Assembly (NCBI GenBank): GCA_951406725.2
Contig: OX597814.1
Coordinates: 23,250,001-23,314,000, forward strand
DNA from: Octopus vulgaris
Lineage: Eukaryota
Length of the DNA: 64,000 nucleotides
Direction of reading: 5' to 3'
Under the pieces are notes generated by a model, which was given only the letters and a program-made list of their open reading frames with translations, searched no databases and was not told the DNA's origin. Shown here piece by piece: positions 25,615 to 38,180 of this stretch; positions within the stretch are counted from its first letter, which is position 1, and every line of letters starts with the position of its first letter. The position numbers and the translations under genes are program-made.

Positions 25615-27375
25615 TTGGGTTGGCAACTAAGTTCCTGTCATTTTTTTAAAATTTTAAATTTTTAAAAGGTTTAATAAAAAATAAACAACTAATTAATCAA
25701 TAATGTATTCATCCTTGTTGTTTTACAACTTCCTCCCAACGTTAAACAAGATTTTCAATACCTTGTTGGTAGAAATCACCTGATTTCGACTTGAAAAATT
25801 GATTCAACCAAGCTCTCAATTCTGCATCAGTATTAAATGAAACTCCATGCACAGCATTTCAAAGAGATCAAAAGAGGCAGAAATCCATTGGTGCCAAATC
25901 AAGAGAGTACGGCGGGTATGGCAGCTCTTCACAGCCATGTGTTTGAATGGCCCCCTTGGTCATATTGGTGACATGAGGGTGGGCACTGTCGTGCAACAGA
26001 AGAACTCCATGCTGCCAATTAGGTCTTTTCTCTTGAATAGCCATGTTGAGTTGTTCCATCTGTTGAACATAGAGTTCCACGTTGACCGTTTGCTTCCGTT
26101 CAAGCAATTCATAATGGATAATCCCTTCCCAGTCCCACCATACACACAGCATCGTTTTATGTGGATGAAGATCTTGTTTCACGTGCAGTGTCGCTTGTTT
26201 ACCGGGGCTAAGCCATTCCTTACACTGCTTAATATTGATGTACAGGCACTATTTTTTGTCACCAGTAACGATTCAGTAAAGAAATCATTGCTTGTGTCCA
26301 TGAGTTGAGTGGTGATGAGCAAGCAAACCAGTGGGTTGATTTTTGTTGTTGTCACTTAAAGCATATCTATCTATCTATCCGCTCAGTCGAAGTTGACTCT
26401 CGGTTACTCATTGGATCAGTGTCCTCCAGTCAGTTCTATCCTGGGCTGCTTCTTTCAGATTGGCTATGTCCATTCCGGTATCACTCTTGATGGTGTCAAG
26501 CCAGCGGGTTCTTGGTCAGCCTCTTCCTCTCTTGCCACTGATCATTCCAGAAGGATTTGTACCATCCGCGTCATCAATACCGCTACTATTATGATTATCC
26601 TTGTGCTCTTCCCCAGTAGCTAATGTGGTATCTCGCAGCCCGGGGGTCACACCGTTTGGTACCATCATATTAGAATTCTTACACTTTTGATCCATAGAGT
26701 ATATTGGCCAGGATACTGGGGTAGGTGGCCAGGTCTTTCCCCAGGCCAGAGCCGTTTAGCTAGCATACTTACCATATGCCGTTGCCACCCCCAGCACCAT
26801 GGTGAGGAGAACGGTTGGGCTTTGGAGGGGGACTTAAAGCATGCAGAACCCATACTCCATGCTTTTGAACCTTTCCCATCGAGTGAAGATGCTTCTCTAT
26901 AGCAGTGTGGGAGCATTCCATTTTCTCTGCCAGTTCCCTTGTTGTTTGATGAGAATTTTTGTACAAAAGCTGGTTTAATCGCTCTTCATCAAACTCAACT
27001 GGATGGCCAGAATGTGGCGCGTCTTTGAAGTTAAAATTTCCATTTTTGAACTTGCCACACCAATCACGAGCAATTCTTTCAGGTATGGTACCCTCTCCAT
27101 ACACAGCACAAATGACGTGAGCAGCTTTTGCGGCCTTAGAACCTTGATTAAAAGCAAAAAGAAGGAGGTGTCGAAAATGCTCATTTGTCTTAACTTGACA
27201 TTCCATTTTAAAGATCTGAAAATAAAAAAAAATTAACTAAAATTAACTAGAAAAAAAAAAGATTCCAAAATGATTCAAAAATAGAATTCTCAAAAAAAAA
27301 AATAAATTCCAAAATTTAAAAAATGCAATAAATTCCAAAATTTAAAAAAACAGCAGGAACTTAGTTGCCAACCCA

Positions 27376-27376
<1 letters not shown>
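25615..27376 (-). mobile_element. Full-length DD34D mariner with disrupted transposase
   Basis: TIRs TTGGGTTGGCAACTAAGTTCCTG with TA TSD. HTH N-terminus in ORF 26769-27206 with WVLHAL, catalytic part in ORF 25868-26182 with LLHDSAHPH and YSLDLAPMD. About 1.28 kb after removing the nested insert. Confidence 0.95.
26365..26831 (-). mobile_element. Non-autonomous bipartite RTE-BovB-like element (5' UTR fused to ORF 3' end)
   Basis: 11-bp TSD ACTTAAAGCAT (26354-26364, 26832-26842). Minus strand GGCCACCTACCCCAGTATCCTGGCC resembles the BovB 5' motif, followed by GMISGKRGRG*PRTRWLDTIKSD..AAQDRTDWR and a (GATA)n tail. Confidence 0.85.
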
Positions 27377-27425
<49 letters not shown>

Positions 27426-27567
27426 ATATGCATACATATATACATAAACTCACACACACATATGTATATACTTGAAGTCCATCTTCATCATTAATATTAT
27501 ATACTGTATCACAATGGGTTGAATTAAGTGATATAGATATTTAGTATTTTTTGAATAACTGATATGA

Positions 27568-27668
27568 ACATCATCATTATTATTATTATTATTATTATTG
27601 TTATTATTATTATTATTATTATAATTATTATTATCATTATCATTATCATTATTATCATTATTATTATT

Positions 27669-27701
<33 letters not shown>

Positions 27702-27710
27702 ATTATTATT
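27568..27710. repeat. (ATT)n/(GTT)n compound microsatellite
   Basis: Direct inspection. Confidence 0.95.
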
Positions 27711-27943
27711 CTCTCATCTTACTTTTATAGTTTCTTATTTCTTTTTTGGAGAAATTAATTTTATATATTTTTTCATCTCAGTTTGTCTTGTAGCAAGTTT
27801 GCAATGATATTGATATGTCAGCCACTGAATATAACACTTTGCTGTAGTAGCTGGTTAACTAGCATAAGTAAATAAAATATTCCGCATGTAACAACCTTTC
27901 ATAATAACATTTCCATGCTTCCTTATTTTCATTTTTACCTCAG

Positions 27944-27980
27944 GCAAGTGCATCACTATTTTCTCACTTCTCTCCTATGA
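27944..27980 (+). CDS. Candidate proximal terminal exon D (EQVHHYFLTSLL*)
   Basis: Strong pyrimidine tract ending TTTTTACCTCAG. In frame with exon C (phase 2), followed by about 1.3 kb of repeat-poor sequence with AATAAA sites. Confidence 0.3.
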
Positions 27981-29355
27981 CATTTTGATTCAGACAAACA
28001 CACTGCTTTGTGATTCAGAACAGTTCATGCTTCTCATCATCACAGACTGGAACATTTGCACACATCCTACTCTCAGCTTCTCTTCTGGCTGGATAACCTA
28101 ATATTTTGCTCCCCACTAAGTTTCTTCATATCAATTCTTTCTATTCACTTTTTTATTTATTTTATATAACTCCTTGCAGGCCTAATGCTTAGCTATTATT
28201 GATCTGTCTACTTTACAGATAGAAATAAAATGTTCAATTGGTGAAACAGAAAATTCTATTGGCAGTTGAGGGAAACAGTAATTCTGGGATTGTTTAATGC
28301 ATATTTAGACTATAATAAACCAGTAGAGATAAAGCCATATTAACCAAGGTAATGTCTCAATGTCTTGAGGAGTGAAGTAATGGCTTTAGTTAACATGTTA
28401 TTTTAGTTAGATTAGCAGTTTGTGTTTTTCGTTTATGTGCCTCAGCATGGATGGAGCAATGATTGCTAGAATAAACTAAAGCCTAAAGTTCTTTCAAAAC
28501 TGACCTAAAGTATCATGACCTAATTGACAGTCTCAGTTTGAATGTGAAGAACTGAATAATAATCAACCACTTCACAATCATTTTACAGAATGTTTTGGCT
28601 AAATTGGTGAAAAAAAATAAGAAAAATACATTGAAATTAAATCTGAATAATCAGTCGAAAGCATATTAATTGGAGACGTTGATGAAAATTGTAAGCAGTT
28701 GTTTTAGTAAGAAATAGATTTCAAATGCTATTTTAAAATATTGCCGGAGAAAAAATTACATCAATTTTGTCTGAAAACAATTTAATTAATCTTGTCTTAT
28801 TTTTTTTATTAGGAAAAATAAATAAATAAATAAATAAATGTTTCTTTACCATTTGTTTTAGTAAAATGGTAAAATTAATTTGAAATTAATTTCTAAGAAG
28901 TGGAAAATACTTCATAAACCATTACAATGAGTTAAAATTTGTAAGAATACATGTCAGAAATATATTTAATATATTTAACAAAAGTTTTCTTATTATAATC
29001 ACTTAGCTTGACTTGATGTGTATAAATAGTTTAATTATACTATAACTTTAAGGATGATTCTGTTAATAATGATTGCGGTTATGATGATTGTGACAATTAT
29101 AAGCAAACAAATGAAAAGGACTGTAGATTTAAAAGAACAGTATTATATAAACACAAAAAGAATTTTTTTTTCTTTGTCTCTATTACAAAGGACAGTTTGT
29201 CAATGAAAATAAATTTGAGCAAATTCAAATGTACTGAATAACTTCCAAGAAAACAAATATTTCAGACAAGATCATTTAGTTTTATTCTATTATATTTTCT
29301 CAGATAGAATTAGTAGAAAACAAACACTTTACCTATCATTGTTTTAAATACTTAC

Positions 29356-29386
<31 letters not shown>

Positions 29387-31517
29387 CAAACAGCACGCCA
29401 TTAAACATGAATGGTTCTGAAATTTGTCCCCTAACCATATAGTCACAAAAACACACACACCACACAAAAATGAGATATCATCACACTGTGGTTACCGAAA
29501 TAAATTCATCTTTCAAAACAAAAATGATCCAAACTACACACAGCTTAAGACAAGTACTAAGTTTAACTCACACAAACATGAAAAAAAAAAGTTACGTCCA
29601 TATGTATGGAACCACAAATAGATGACCTATTGCAAACATGCGATACAAAAGACTTATGCAGACATAAATGGAAAAAGTTTTCAGAATATTCACATATATG
29701 GAACCACATATAGGATAAGAAAGAAGTCTTGGTCACAACATACAAACACACAGTCATGTACATACTTACAGATACATCCATACACACACATGCATACACA
29801 CACACATTTAGAGACCTAAACCCTTCATAATAACCCAACTGATATTCCAAATATTTTTATCAAAACCACTTAAATATTGCAGGCACACACATAAACAAGA
29901 ATATGAAACATATACAAAATAAAGTAGAAAGTGAGCCCTGATCTCTCATACATACAGGTTCTTAAGCAAACATGTCCAAAGCCTAATGATTAAAAAAACT
30001 TATGCCCCAATGAAATTAACAAACAAATAATTTTAATTAGTTAACAGGCACATTCTACAACCTATGCCCAAATCAATCAACTAGGAGACACCATTTTCAA
30101 TATTAGAAATTTCTCCCTAGATAAATATGTCAGATACAAACAAGTTGTTAAAATTACTCAGTCCTTATCAAAACACAATATTTACACACGGTTTACAAAC
30201 ACAGTATGACACAAACTCCATCGAAAAAAGACATACCGAAAACTTGATAAAAACAGCCTTCAGGAGATTAACAGATAAATTCAAAACTAAAGTACATCTA
30301 TTTAATCAACAAATAAAAGAAATATTAAAAAACCATGCAACAAAAAATAACAAGTGATAATGCAGTGAAATAATAGCCAATCAGCAAACACAAAATACAA
30401 ACCAATGAATAGATTATGGACATATTGAAAATATGTATACCACCAAAACCAAGTTTTGACAGGTCTGACTTGAAGCTCATAGTGGAATGAAACTCATCTC
30501 ATGAGATGAACAGTCAGCTCTTTACTAGCTCAAGAGAAGATAACTCCATATAAATCCTGCACCCTGATAACTATTAGATTTGTGGTTTTGTTTTATTAAA
30601 CCAATACAAGTTTGAAGGATAAGAGAATGGGTTTGGCCCAGCACAAACCATGCTCACTGTAAAAATATTCATCATGCAAGTTGTACAGCAAACTGTGACA
30701 CCATCAGACATATATATATGCACATATATATATGCATGTAAACACACTTCAGGAAAGGAAAAATCTATATAAATATTTAACTTGTACAAGTACCTCTATA
30801 AATATAGATACCACTTTTGATGTTTTATCAAATTGCAATAAATAAATTTTAATAACACTGAAGAAAAATATACTCTGTGTATATATATATATATTAGAAG
30901 AAATAAGGTACTCAGAAAATCGGATGGTTTATATTTACAGATATTTATTTGTATATTACATTTTTTATATATATATCATATCACTTAGATCATTAGCACT
31001 TTCTCCCATTCTAGTGGGGTTTTTAAATCAAACTAAGTTCCTGGGTGAGGAGTTTTGACCATTTTATAGAGTTTGTAGTGGTGGGAAGGAATATAAGACA
31101 GTACAAGAGGGTGATGGATGAGGAGAAAGTGAGAGAGAGAACATGTGTGTATGTGTGTGTGCATGTGTGTGTGTGTGTTTTTGTATCTGGGATGAGTGCT
31201 AAAGAAAAAGAGGGGAAGGGAGAGGGAAAAAAGAAAGAATTTCAGTTTTGATCACTTCACAGTGTCACTGACTGTGTGGTGGCGGGGAGGCAGGCCATAA
31301 ATTATATTTCCTTTATCATTGTGAGAGAGTGTATGTGTGTTTAATGGTCAAATGCTTTTTTGGGTTTAAGAATTCTTTCCACTTTTTATGATCGTTTTGT
31401 GGAGGTGTGTGTGTGTGTGTGTGTGTGTGTGCACATGCGTGTGTGGGTGTCTGTGAGTTTGGAGAAGGGAAGAGAGAAAAAAGGGAGGAAGGGGAAAAAT
31501 TGTGTTGATATTTATAC

Positions 31518-31555
<38 letters not shown>

Positions 31556-31775
31556 GACAATAATAAATCTCTGAGCGAGATATAGACAGTAACTGCTCTA
31601 TAACATAAGGGGGATCAGCCATCTGAATGTGGCTAGGGACAGGGCGGGGTGGTGGGTGTGTTACTGATGCATTTAGCCCCAGGCGATCATCAACGTCACC
31701 AGAAGGGCTGACACCATCTCGGTGTCCTTGCCAGCCTACAAAGGGAGATCAGCCTCCCCGAAGATACGGATACTA

Positions 31776-31818
31776 CATATGGACTGGTTTCGAGGTTATT
31801 GCCTCTTGTCAACGCATG
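31776..31818 (-). ncRNA. Minimal type I hammerhead (U3-A8), CpG-decayed copy
   Basis: Minus strand CATGCG-TTGACAA-GAGG-caataa-CCTC-GAAA-CCAG-TC-CATATG. Confidence 0.75.
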
Positions 31819-32293
31819 GCAAGTACCGTTCTTCGTTGAGGGACTTCCTCTACAGGCTGGATATATAGGGATTTTCACAGTAACCACAGTCACTGGGGTA
31901 GAAAATCCGTTCGAAAACAATAATAAATCTCTGAGCGAGATATAGACAGTAACTGCTCTATAACATAAGGGGGATCAGCCATCTGAATGTGGCTAGGGAC
32001 AGGGCGGGGTGGTGGGTGTGTTACTGATGCATTTAGCCCCAGGCGATCATCAACGTCACCAGAAGGGCTGACACCATCTCGGTGTCCTTGCCAGCCTGCA
32101 AAGGGAGATCAGCCTCCCCGAAGATACGGATACTACTTACCCCTTATGTTATAAAGCAGTTACTGTCTATATCTCACTCAGAGATTTATTATTGTTTTCG
32201 AACGGATTTTCTATGCCAGTGACTGTGGTTACTGTGAAAATCCCTATATATCCAGCCTTTAGAGGAAGTCCCTCAACGAAGAACGGTACTTGC

Positions 32294-32336
32294 CATGCGT
32301 TGACAAGAGGCAATAACCTCGAAACCGGTCCGTATG
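32294..32336 (+). ncRNA. Minimal type I hammerhead ribozyme (U3-A8), intact
   Basis: CATGCG-TTGACAA-GAGG-caataa-CCTC-GAAA-CCGG-TC-CGTATG with 6-bp helix I, 4-bp helix II and palindromic helix III ACCGGT. GUC cleavage predicted after 32330. Confidence 0.85.
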
Positions 32337-32513
32337 TAGTATCCGTATCTTCGGGGAGGCTGATCTCCCTTTGCAGGCTGGCAAGGACACCGAGATGGTG
32401 TCAGCCCTTCTGGTGACGTTGATGATCGCCTGGGGCTAAATGCATCAGTAACACACCCACCACCCCGCCCTGTCCCTAGCCACATTCAGATGGCTGATCC
32501 CCCTTATGTTATA

Positions 32514-32798
32514 TATACATGCTTATACATGAAATATTAGAAAAAAAACACCTTTCATCGATTTAAAATGAACAATTAAATTACACCATCTTGAAAATTG
32601 CATATCATAGGAAAGTTAAAATTAAAATGACAATTAAAAAGTAAAGATTAAGTAATTTACAAACATAATGTAATGTATATAACAAGCAATATATATATAT
32701 ACACACATATATATACACACATATATATATATATACACATATACTAAATGTTCTACTATATTAAATTGTAAATCGAAAGATGTGTCCTTCAATGTCAC

Positions 32799-32832
<34 letters not shown>

Positions 32833-33104
32833 TATACATGCTTATACATGAAATATTAGAAAAAAACACCTTTTATCGATTCAAAATGAACAATCAAATT
32901 ACACCATCTTGAAAATTGCATATCATAGGAAAGTTAAAATTAAAATGACAATTAAAAAGTAAAGATTAAGTAATTTACAAAAATAATATAATGTATATAA
33001 CAGGTAATATATATATACACACACACATATATATATTTATATACACACATATACTAAATGTTCTAGTATATTAAATTGTAAATCGAAAGATTTGTCCTTC
33101 AATG
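32514..33104 (-). repeat. About 320-bp tandem duplication downstream of a Penelope-like ORF end
   Basis: 32514-32794 recurs at 32833-33104. Confidence 0.85.
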
Positions 33105-33117
33105 TATGATGAGTAAA

Positions 33118-33362
33118 ATTTCAGCTATTTAATTTGGGGGAGAACTTAGCTATGAAATATTTTTCCATATTCCTCCTGAAAGAGGTATCGTTCTTCGGAC
33201 ATTTGTAGAAGGGAAAGATCTTAAACTTTCCTTCTCCACACATAGCTAGGTGTGTACTTCCTGCCTAGGTGTAGTTCTTCCTGCCGAACATGTCGGTGAA
33301 TCCTGGCTCGCTGGCACAAAGAATTACCAGTTTCACCTATGTAATCCTCCTTGCATGTGGGA
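33118..33362 (-). mobile_element. Penelope-like GIY-YIG C-terminal fragment
   Basis: Minus strand PTCKEDYIGETGNSLCQRARIHR, then after a frameshift THLAMCGEGKFKIFPFYKC..EKYFIAKFSPKLN. Confidence 0.85.
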
Positions 33363-33374
33363 TGTGTATGTGTA

Positions 33375-33735
33375 TGTGTGTGACCCCTTTTGTTATGAAT
33401 GACCATGGAATTGCTCTTAGAAAGTTCCCCTCTCAGTTACAAATCCAGGCAACGTTGTTTATGGAAGATCAGCAGTTGCCTATGCTTTACTCAAACAATG
33501 CTTACCAGCTTCCCCTCTTCATACCACTAATGTTATCCAAGGGAAAAGCAAAGGCTGATGCAGCTTGGTACCAGTGACGTCACAACTCATTACTACAGCT
33601 GAGTGAACTGGAGTAATATAAAATAAAGTGTCTTGCTCAAGAATGCAATGCACAACACAACCCAGTCTGGGAATTGAACTCACTACCTTATGATTTTGAG
33701 CCCGACACTCTAACCAATGAGCCATGTGCTTTCAC
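33375..33735 (-). mobile_element. tRNA-derived SINE (head B / tail C)
   Basis: Minus strand TGGCTCATTGG and GAGTTCAATTCCC boxes, CORE-like CTTGAGCAAGACACTT. Same family as 49930-50255. Confidence 0.8.
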
Positions 33736-33753
33736 ACACAAACACACACACAA

Positions 33754-33787
<34 letters not shown>

Positions 33788-33798
33788 TATATATATAT

Positions 33799-34978
33799 TC
33801 AATAGACACCACAGATACTCAGATAACAGATTCCATCACACTCCAGGGGGAGAAACTAGAAGTAGTTGATAATTTCCACTACCTAGGTGACCAAGTTAGT
33901 AGTAAGGGTGGATGCTCAGAGAGTGTTACCACTAGAATAAGAATAGCCTGGGTAATGTTTAGAAAGCTTCTTCCCCTACTGGTGACAAAGGGTCTCTCGC
34001 TCAGAGTGAAAGGTAGATTGTACAATGCATGTGCGTGAACTGCCATGCCTAACGGTAGTGAAACATGGGCTGTGACTGCAGAGGATATGGGTAGGCTTGA
34101 AAGAAATGAAGCTAGCATGATCCGCTGGAAGTGTAATGTCAGTGTGCACGCACAACAGAGTGTAAGCACCCTGAGAGAAAAGCTGGACATAAGAAGCATC
34201 GGATGTGGTGTGCAAGGGAGACGTTTGTGCTGGTATGGTCATGTACTACGGATGGATAATGAGAGATGTGTGAAGAAGTGCCACTCCCAAACAGTTGAAG
34301 GAATCTGGGGGGAGAGGTAGACCCAGGAAGACATGGGATGAGGTGGTCAAGCATGACCTTCGAATGCTGGGAGACAATGACGAAAGCCTGAGATCTCTGG
34401 AGATATGCTGTGACTGTGAAGACCTGACAAATAACGTGAGTTCATGGCTGTTTCCTGTACCAGTTTCGCATAGCAGCCCCAGCTCATCCAAAGTACCTTG
34501 GATTGCAGCACGATCTGCTGTGCTTACCTTGGATCGTAGGGTGACCTGCTGTGCTTGAGGAAACCTATTGAGTCTAGTACATTAACATCAAAATAAATAT
34601 CAAGTTGAAATTGTAGTTGTGATATCTGTGCCGGTGGCATGTAAAAGGCACCATCCGTACGTGGCCGATGCCAGCCCTGCCTTGACTAGCTTCCCTGCTG
34701 GTGGCATGTAAAAAGCACCAATCGCTCATGGCCACTTCCAGCCTCCCCTGGCAAAATAAATATCAAGTTGAAATTGTAGTTGTGATATCTGTGCCGGTGG
34801 CACGTAAAAAGCACCCACTACACTCACAGAGTGGTTGGTGTTAGCAAGGGCATCCAGCTGTAGAAACACTGCCAGATCAGACTGGAGCCTGGTGTTGCCT
34901 CCTGGCTTCCCAGACCCCAGTCAAACCATCTAACCTGTGCTAGCATGGAAAACATACGTTAAACGATGATGATGATGA

Positions 34979-34981
<3 letters not shown>
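33799..34981 (+). mobile_element. 5'-truncated RTE-clade LINE with 3' UTR and (GAT)n tail
   Basis: LEVVDNFHYLGD..RIRIAW, GSETW, RLCWYGHVLRM, GRGRPRKTW. Tail ACGTTAAACGATGATG. Confidence 0.92.
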
Positions 34982-35013
<32 letters not shown>

Positions 35014-35714
35014 GTCATACAATATTGTTCAGGTATATGTGTGTGTAAAAAAAATAAGAAGATAGGGTTGAAAATGCATTAAATTTTTTACATAAATATA
35101 GTTGTTTGACTAAAACAAGTTTCATTTTTTAACATAGGAGGTAAACATTTTAATCTTATATTTATATATATGAAATTAGAAATACAAATTTTTTTTACAT
35201 AACAATTGTTTTTATATAGCATTTTTACTGTAGTAGTATTAGTGTATGTTTTCACAAGGTGAGTTTTATACTCATGGCAAAAAAACAAAAAACAGAATAG
35301 GTCACATATTACTGTAATGTTCTTATATAAAAACAGTTTTTGTCTATAAGAGCTTTACTGAGTAAATTTTAGTGCATGGTGTAGCCCAGGGAGGTTCAGC
35401 TGTAGAAGAATATTCATATTTTACTGACTGTAATCAGTTTTTATGGCCATTTATTTCTTAAAGTGTGTGTTTTCAATATATTTGTCCATTAAAATTGACG
35501 AGTTTTTTTTGAGAAATAAACATAATACAAACTGAGTTTAGTAAGCAACAGGGTGTGGATATGTTCATGAATGCTATGTAGGCATTTCATAGAGGTTGTT
35601 ATAATTATTTAACTGCAAGGAGACCTGAAAGGGCAAACTTATGATGAAGGCTGTTTTAGCCACGATGACCCAGTGTTAGGGATTATACATTAGCCAATAT
35701 AACTTATAAATATA

Positions 35715-36106
35715 CTAGCAGTATCGCCCGGCGTTGTTTGGGCTTGTTTCAACCCTTTAGAATTGGAATTTTTAAAAGTAAAAATTTTCATTATGTAGCT
35801 TGTTATTCTCTTTAAGTGAACATTTTTCTGGTTTAAATACACTGAAAAATGGCAACACAGCAGCAGTCAAAAACTCGTAAAAAATAGGGATTTTCATAGA
35901 AAATAAAGCACCCTTTTGATGTAAATAATTTTTGTTGTTAACATGGTTCGATTTGAATTTTATCTTCTACGGAATGAAGAGCAAGCCTTCTTCTATCATA
36001 CTCTCAATTTTGGTCAACTTGCAACACAGGGTCTCGGAGGAGATAGTGTTAGTTGATGGCTACCAAACCTGCCATACGCAGACAACTTCAGCTTTATATA
36101 TATAGA
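35715..36106 (-). mobile_element. Non-autonomous Helitron
   Basis: Minus strand 5' TCTATATATATAAAGCTGAAG and 3' GC-rich hairpin plus CTAG. Second copy at 43140. Confidence 0.85.
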
Positions 36107-36304
36107 GATTATATTCTTGCTACAATAGCTACAAGGCCTGAAATTTTGAGGGGTAGACTTGTCAAATACACCAACCCAGTGCTGAATGGGTACTTATTTT
36201 ACTGATTCCAAAAGAATGAAAGGCAAAATCAACTTTAGCAGAATGTGAACTCAGAATGTGAGGGGGAAAGAAATTCCACTGAGCACTTTTGCTTGGTATT
36301 CTTT

Positions 36305-36632
36305 TATTCGTTTACTTGTTTCAGTTATTTGACTGCAGCCATGCTGGAGCACCACCTTTAGTCGAACAAATTGACCTCAGGACTTATTCTTTGTTAGCCT
36401 AGTACTTATTCTATTAGTTCCTTTTGCCGAACCGCTGAGTTATGGGACATAAAACACTGACATCGGTTGTCAAGTGATGGTGGAGGTACAAACACAGACA
36501 TCATCATCATCATTGTTCGACCGTGGTCGAGACATATACATACATACACACATACATACATGCATACAACAGGCTTCTTTCAGTTTCCATCTACCAAATC
36601 CATTCAAAGGCTTTGGTCAGCCTGAGGCTATA
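36305..36632 (-). mobile_element. CORE-like SINE, 5'-truncated
   Basis: Matches 3920-4210. Confidence 0.8.
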
Positions 36633-37464
36633 TTGTTAATGATTCTTCTAACTCACCACTTTTTTGTTTTTGTTGCTATCAAATTCTAGCACACAGGCAA
36701 TAAATTAGAGGAAGGAGTAAATGGATCCTGTCAACCCCAATATTTTACTAGTACTTATTTTGTGAACCCTTAATGGATGAAAGGCAAAATTCAACCCTGC
36801 ATAATTTGCTCTCTTAACATAATGTGTCAAAAAAAAATGTCATTAAACATTTTGTCCTATGAGACAATGTTTCTGCCTGCATGCCACCTAACTTGTTATA
36901 TGTTATACAATCATGTATGATTTGAGTGAGGGAGATTTGGCTGCTTTTTGTAGCAAGTTCACAGTCCATGCAGTGACTCACTAATTTGCTCAAATGGGAA
37001 AATGTTATAAATTGATGGTACATAGTGTAAGATAAGGTGATATAAATTACTAGAAGAGTTTTATATCAGCAACAGTCTTAAGAAGACTTAAGAAGCAATT
37101 AGGACTGACTTAATAATATTCTTCTGCAATTTAGAAATGACACTAATAACACTGATAGATAAACTGACACTAATAAGTTAGATAAATAAGTGACATTATT
37201 TAGACATTAATAGATTGGGATCATGTAAATCCAACCAACTCATGACTTCAATAGGTAGATGAACACGAAAGCAATGAGATTTATTACTATTATTATTCCT
37301 CTTATGATGATGTGGAAGAAGAGGATTTAGGCAGATAAGTAAGTTTAAATTCTCAGTGAAGGAATTTCTGAACAATAGCCAAAGATAATACGCTATTGTA
37401 AGATGAAATTACTTGACATACACTGCAGTATTAAAATCAAATATTTCAGTATATGTAGGCATGA

Positions 37465-37785
37465 CTGGACTGGCACTCCATTGCTTACAATGACAAGGGT
37501 TCCAGTTGATCTAATCAACTGAACAGCTTGCTCATGAGATTAACATGCAAGTGGCTGAGCACTCCACAGTGCTCTTTGCATACTTCTCAGGGAGATTCAG
37601 TGTGACACAGAGTGTGACAAAGCTGACACCTTGAAATACAGGTACAGCTCATTTTTGCCATCTGAATGGACTGGAGCACCATGAAATAAAGTGTCTTGCT
37701 CAAGAACACAATGTGCTGCCAGGAATTGAACTCACAACCTTGATCACAAGCTGAATACCCCAACCACTAAGCCATGTGCCTTCAC
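37465..37785 (-). mobile_element. tRNA-derived SINE (head B / tail A)
   Basis: Matches 12226-12590 in reverse. Confidence 0.8.
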
Positions 37786-37804
37786 GATGTGTAAGCATAG
37801 CTAA

Positions 37805-38180
37805 TACTCTTTTACTCTTTTACTTGTTTCAGTCATTTGACTGTGGCCATGCTGGAGCACCACTTTTAGTCGAGCAAATCAACCCCGGGACTTATTCTTT
37901 GTAAGCCTAGTACTTATTCTAGGGTCACTTTTGCCAAACTGCTAAGTTACAGGGACGTAAATACACCAGCATCGTTTGTCAAGCGATGTTGGGGGGACAA
38001 ACACAGACAAACAAACACACACACACACAGACACACATATGTATATATATATATATATACGATGGGCTTCCTTCAGTTTCCGTCTACCAAATCCACACAC
38101 AAGGCTTTGGTCGGCCTGAGGCTATACTAGAAGACACCTGCCCAAGGTGCCACGCAGTGGGACTGAACCCGGAACTATGT
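37805..38180 (-). mobile_element. CORE-like SINE
   Basis: Matches 3920-4300. Confidence 0.9.

Larger units (their letters stand above)
31557..32513. mobile_element. Retrozyme-like insertion: 1.6 tandem 360-bp units plus one inverted, permuted unit
   Basis: Unit 31557-31916, partial unit 31917-32136, inverted unit 32140-32513. TSD ATATATACATG (31546-31556, 32511-32521). One hammerhead per full unit, no coding capacity recognised. Confidence 0.85.

Noticed and set aside
29400-30560. A/C-rich stretch with a 76-aa ORF that looks like decayed coding sequence
   Set aside because: No diagnostic motif was recognised. It may be an old retroelement but cannot be assigned without BLASTx.
30985-31035. 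Further decayed hammerhead-like motifs here and near 14650, 30465 and 57370
   Set aside because: Core bases are mutated or the helices cannot be paired, so they are relics at most.
31627-32485. Duplicated 70- and 74-aa ORFs in the 360-bp unit
   Set aside because: They overlap on both strands of a GC-rich structured repeat and contain no recognised motif. The duplication just reflects the repeat.
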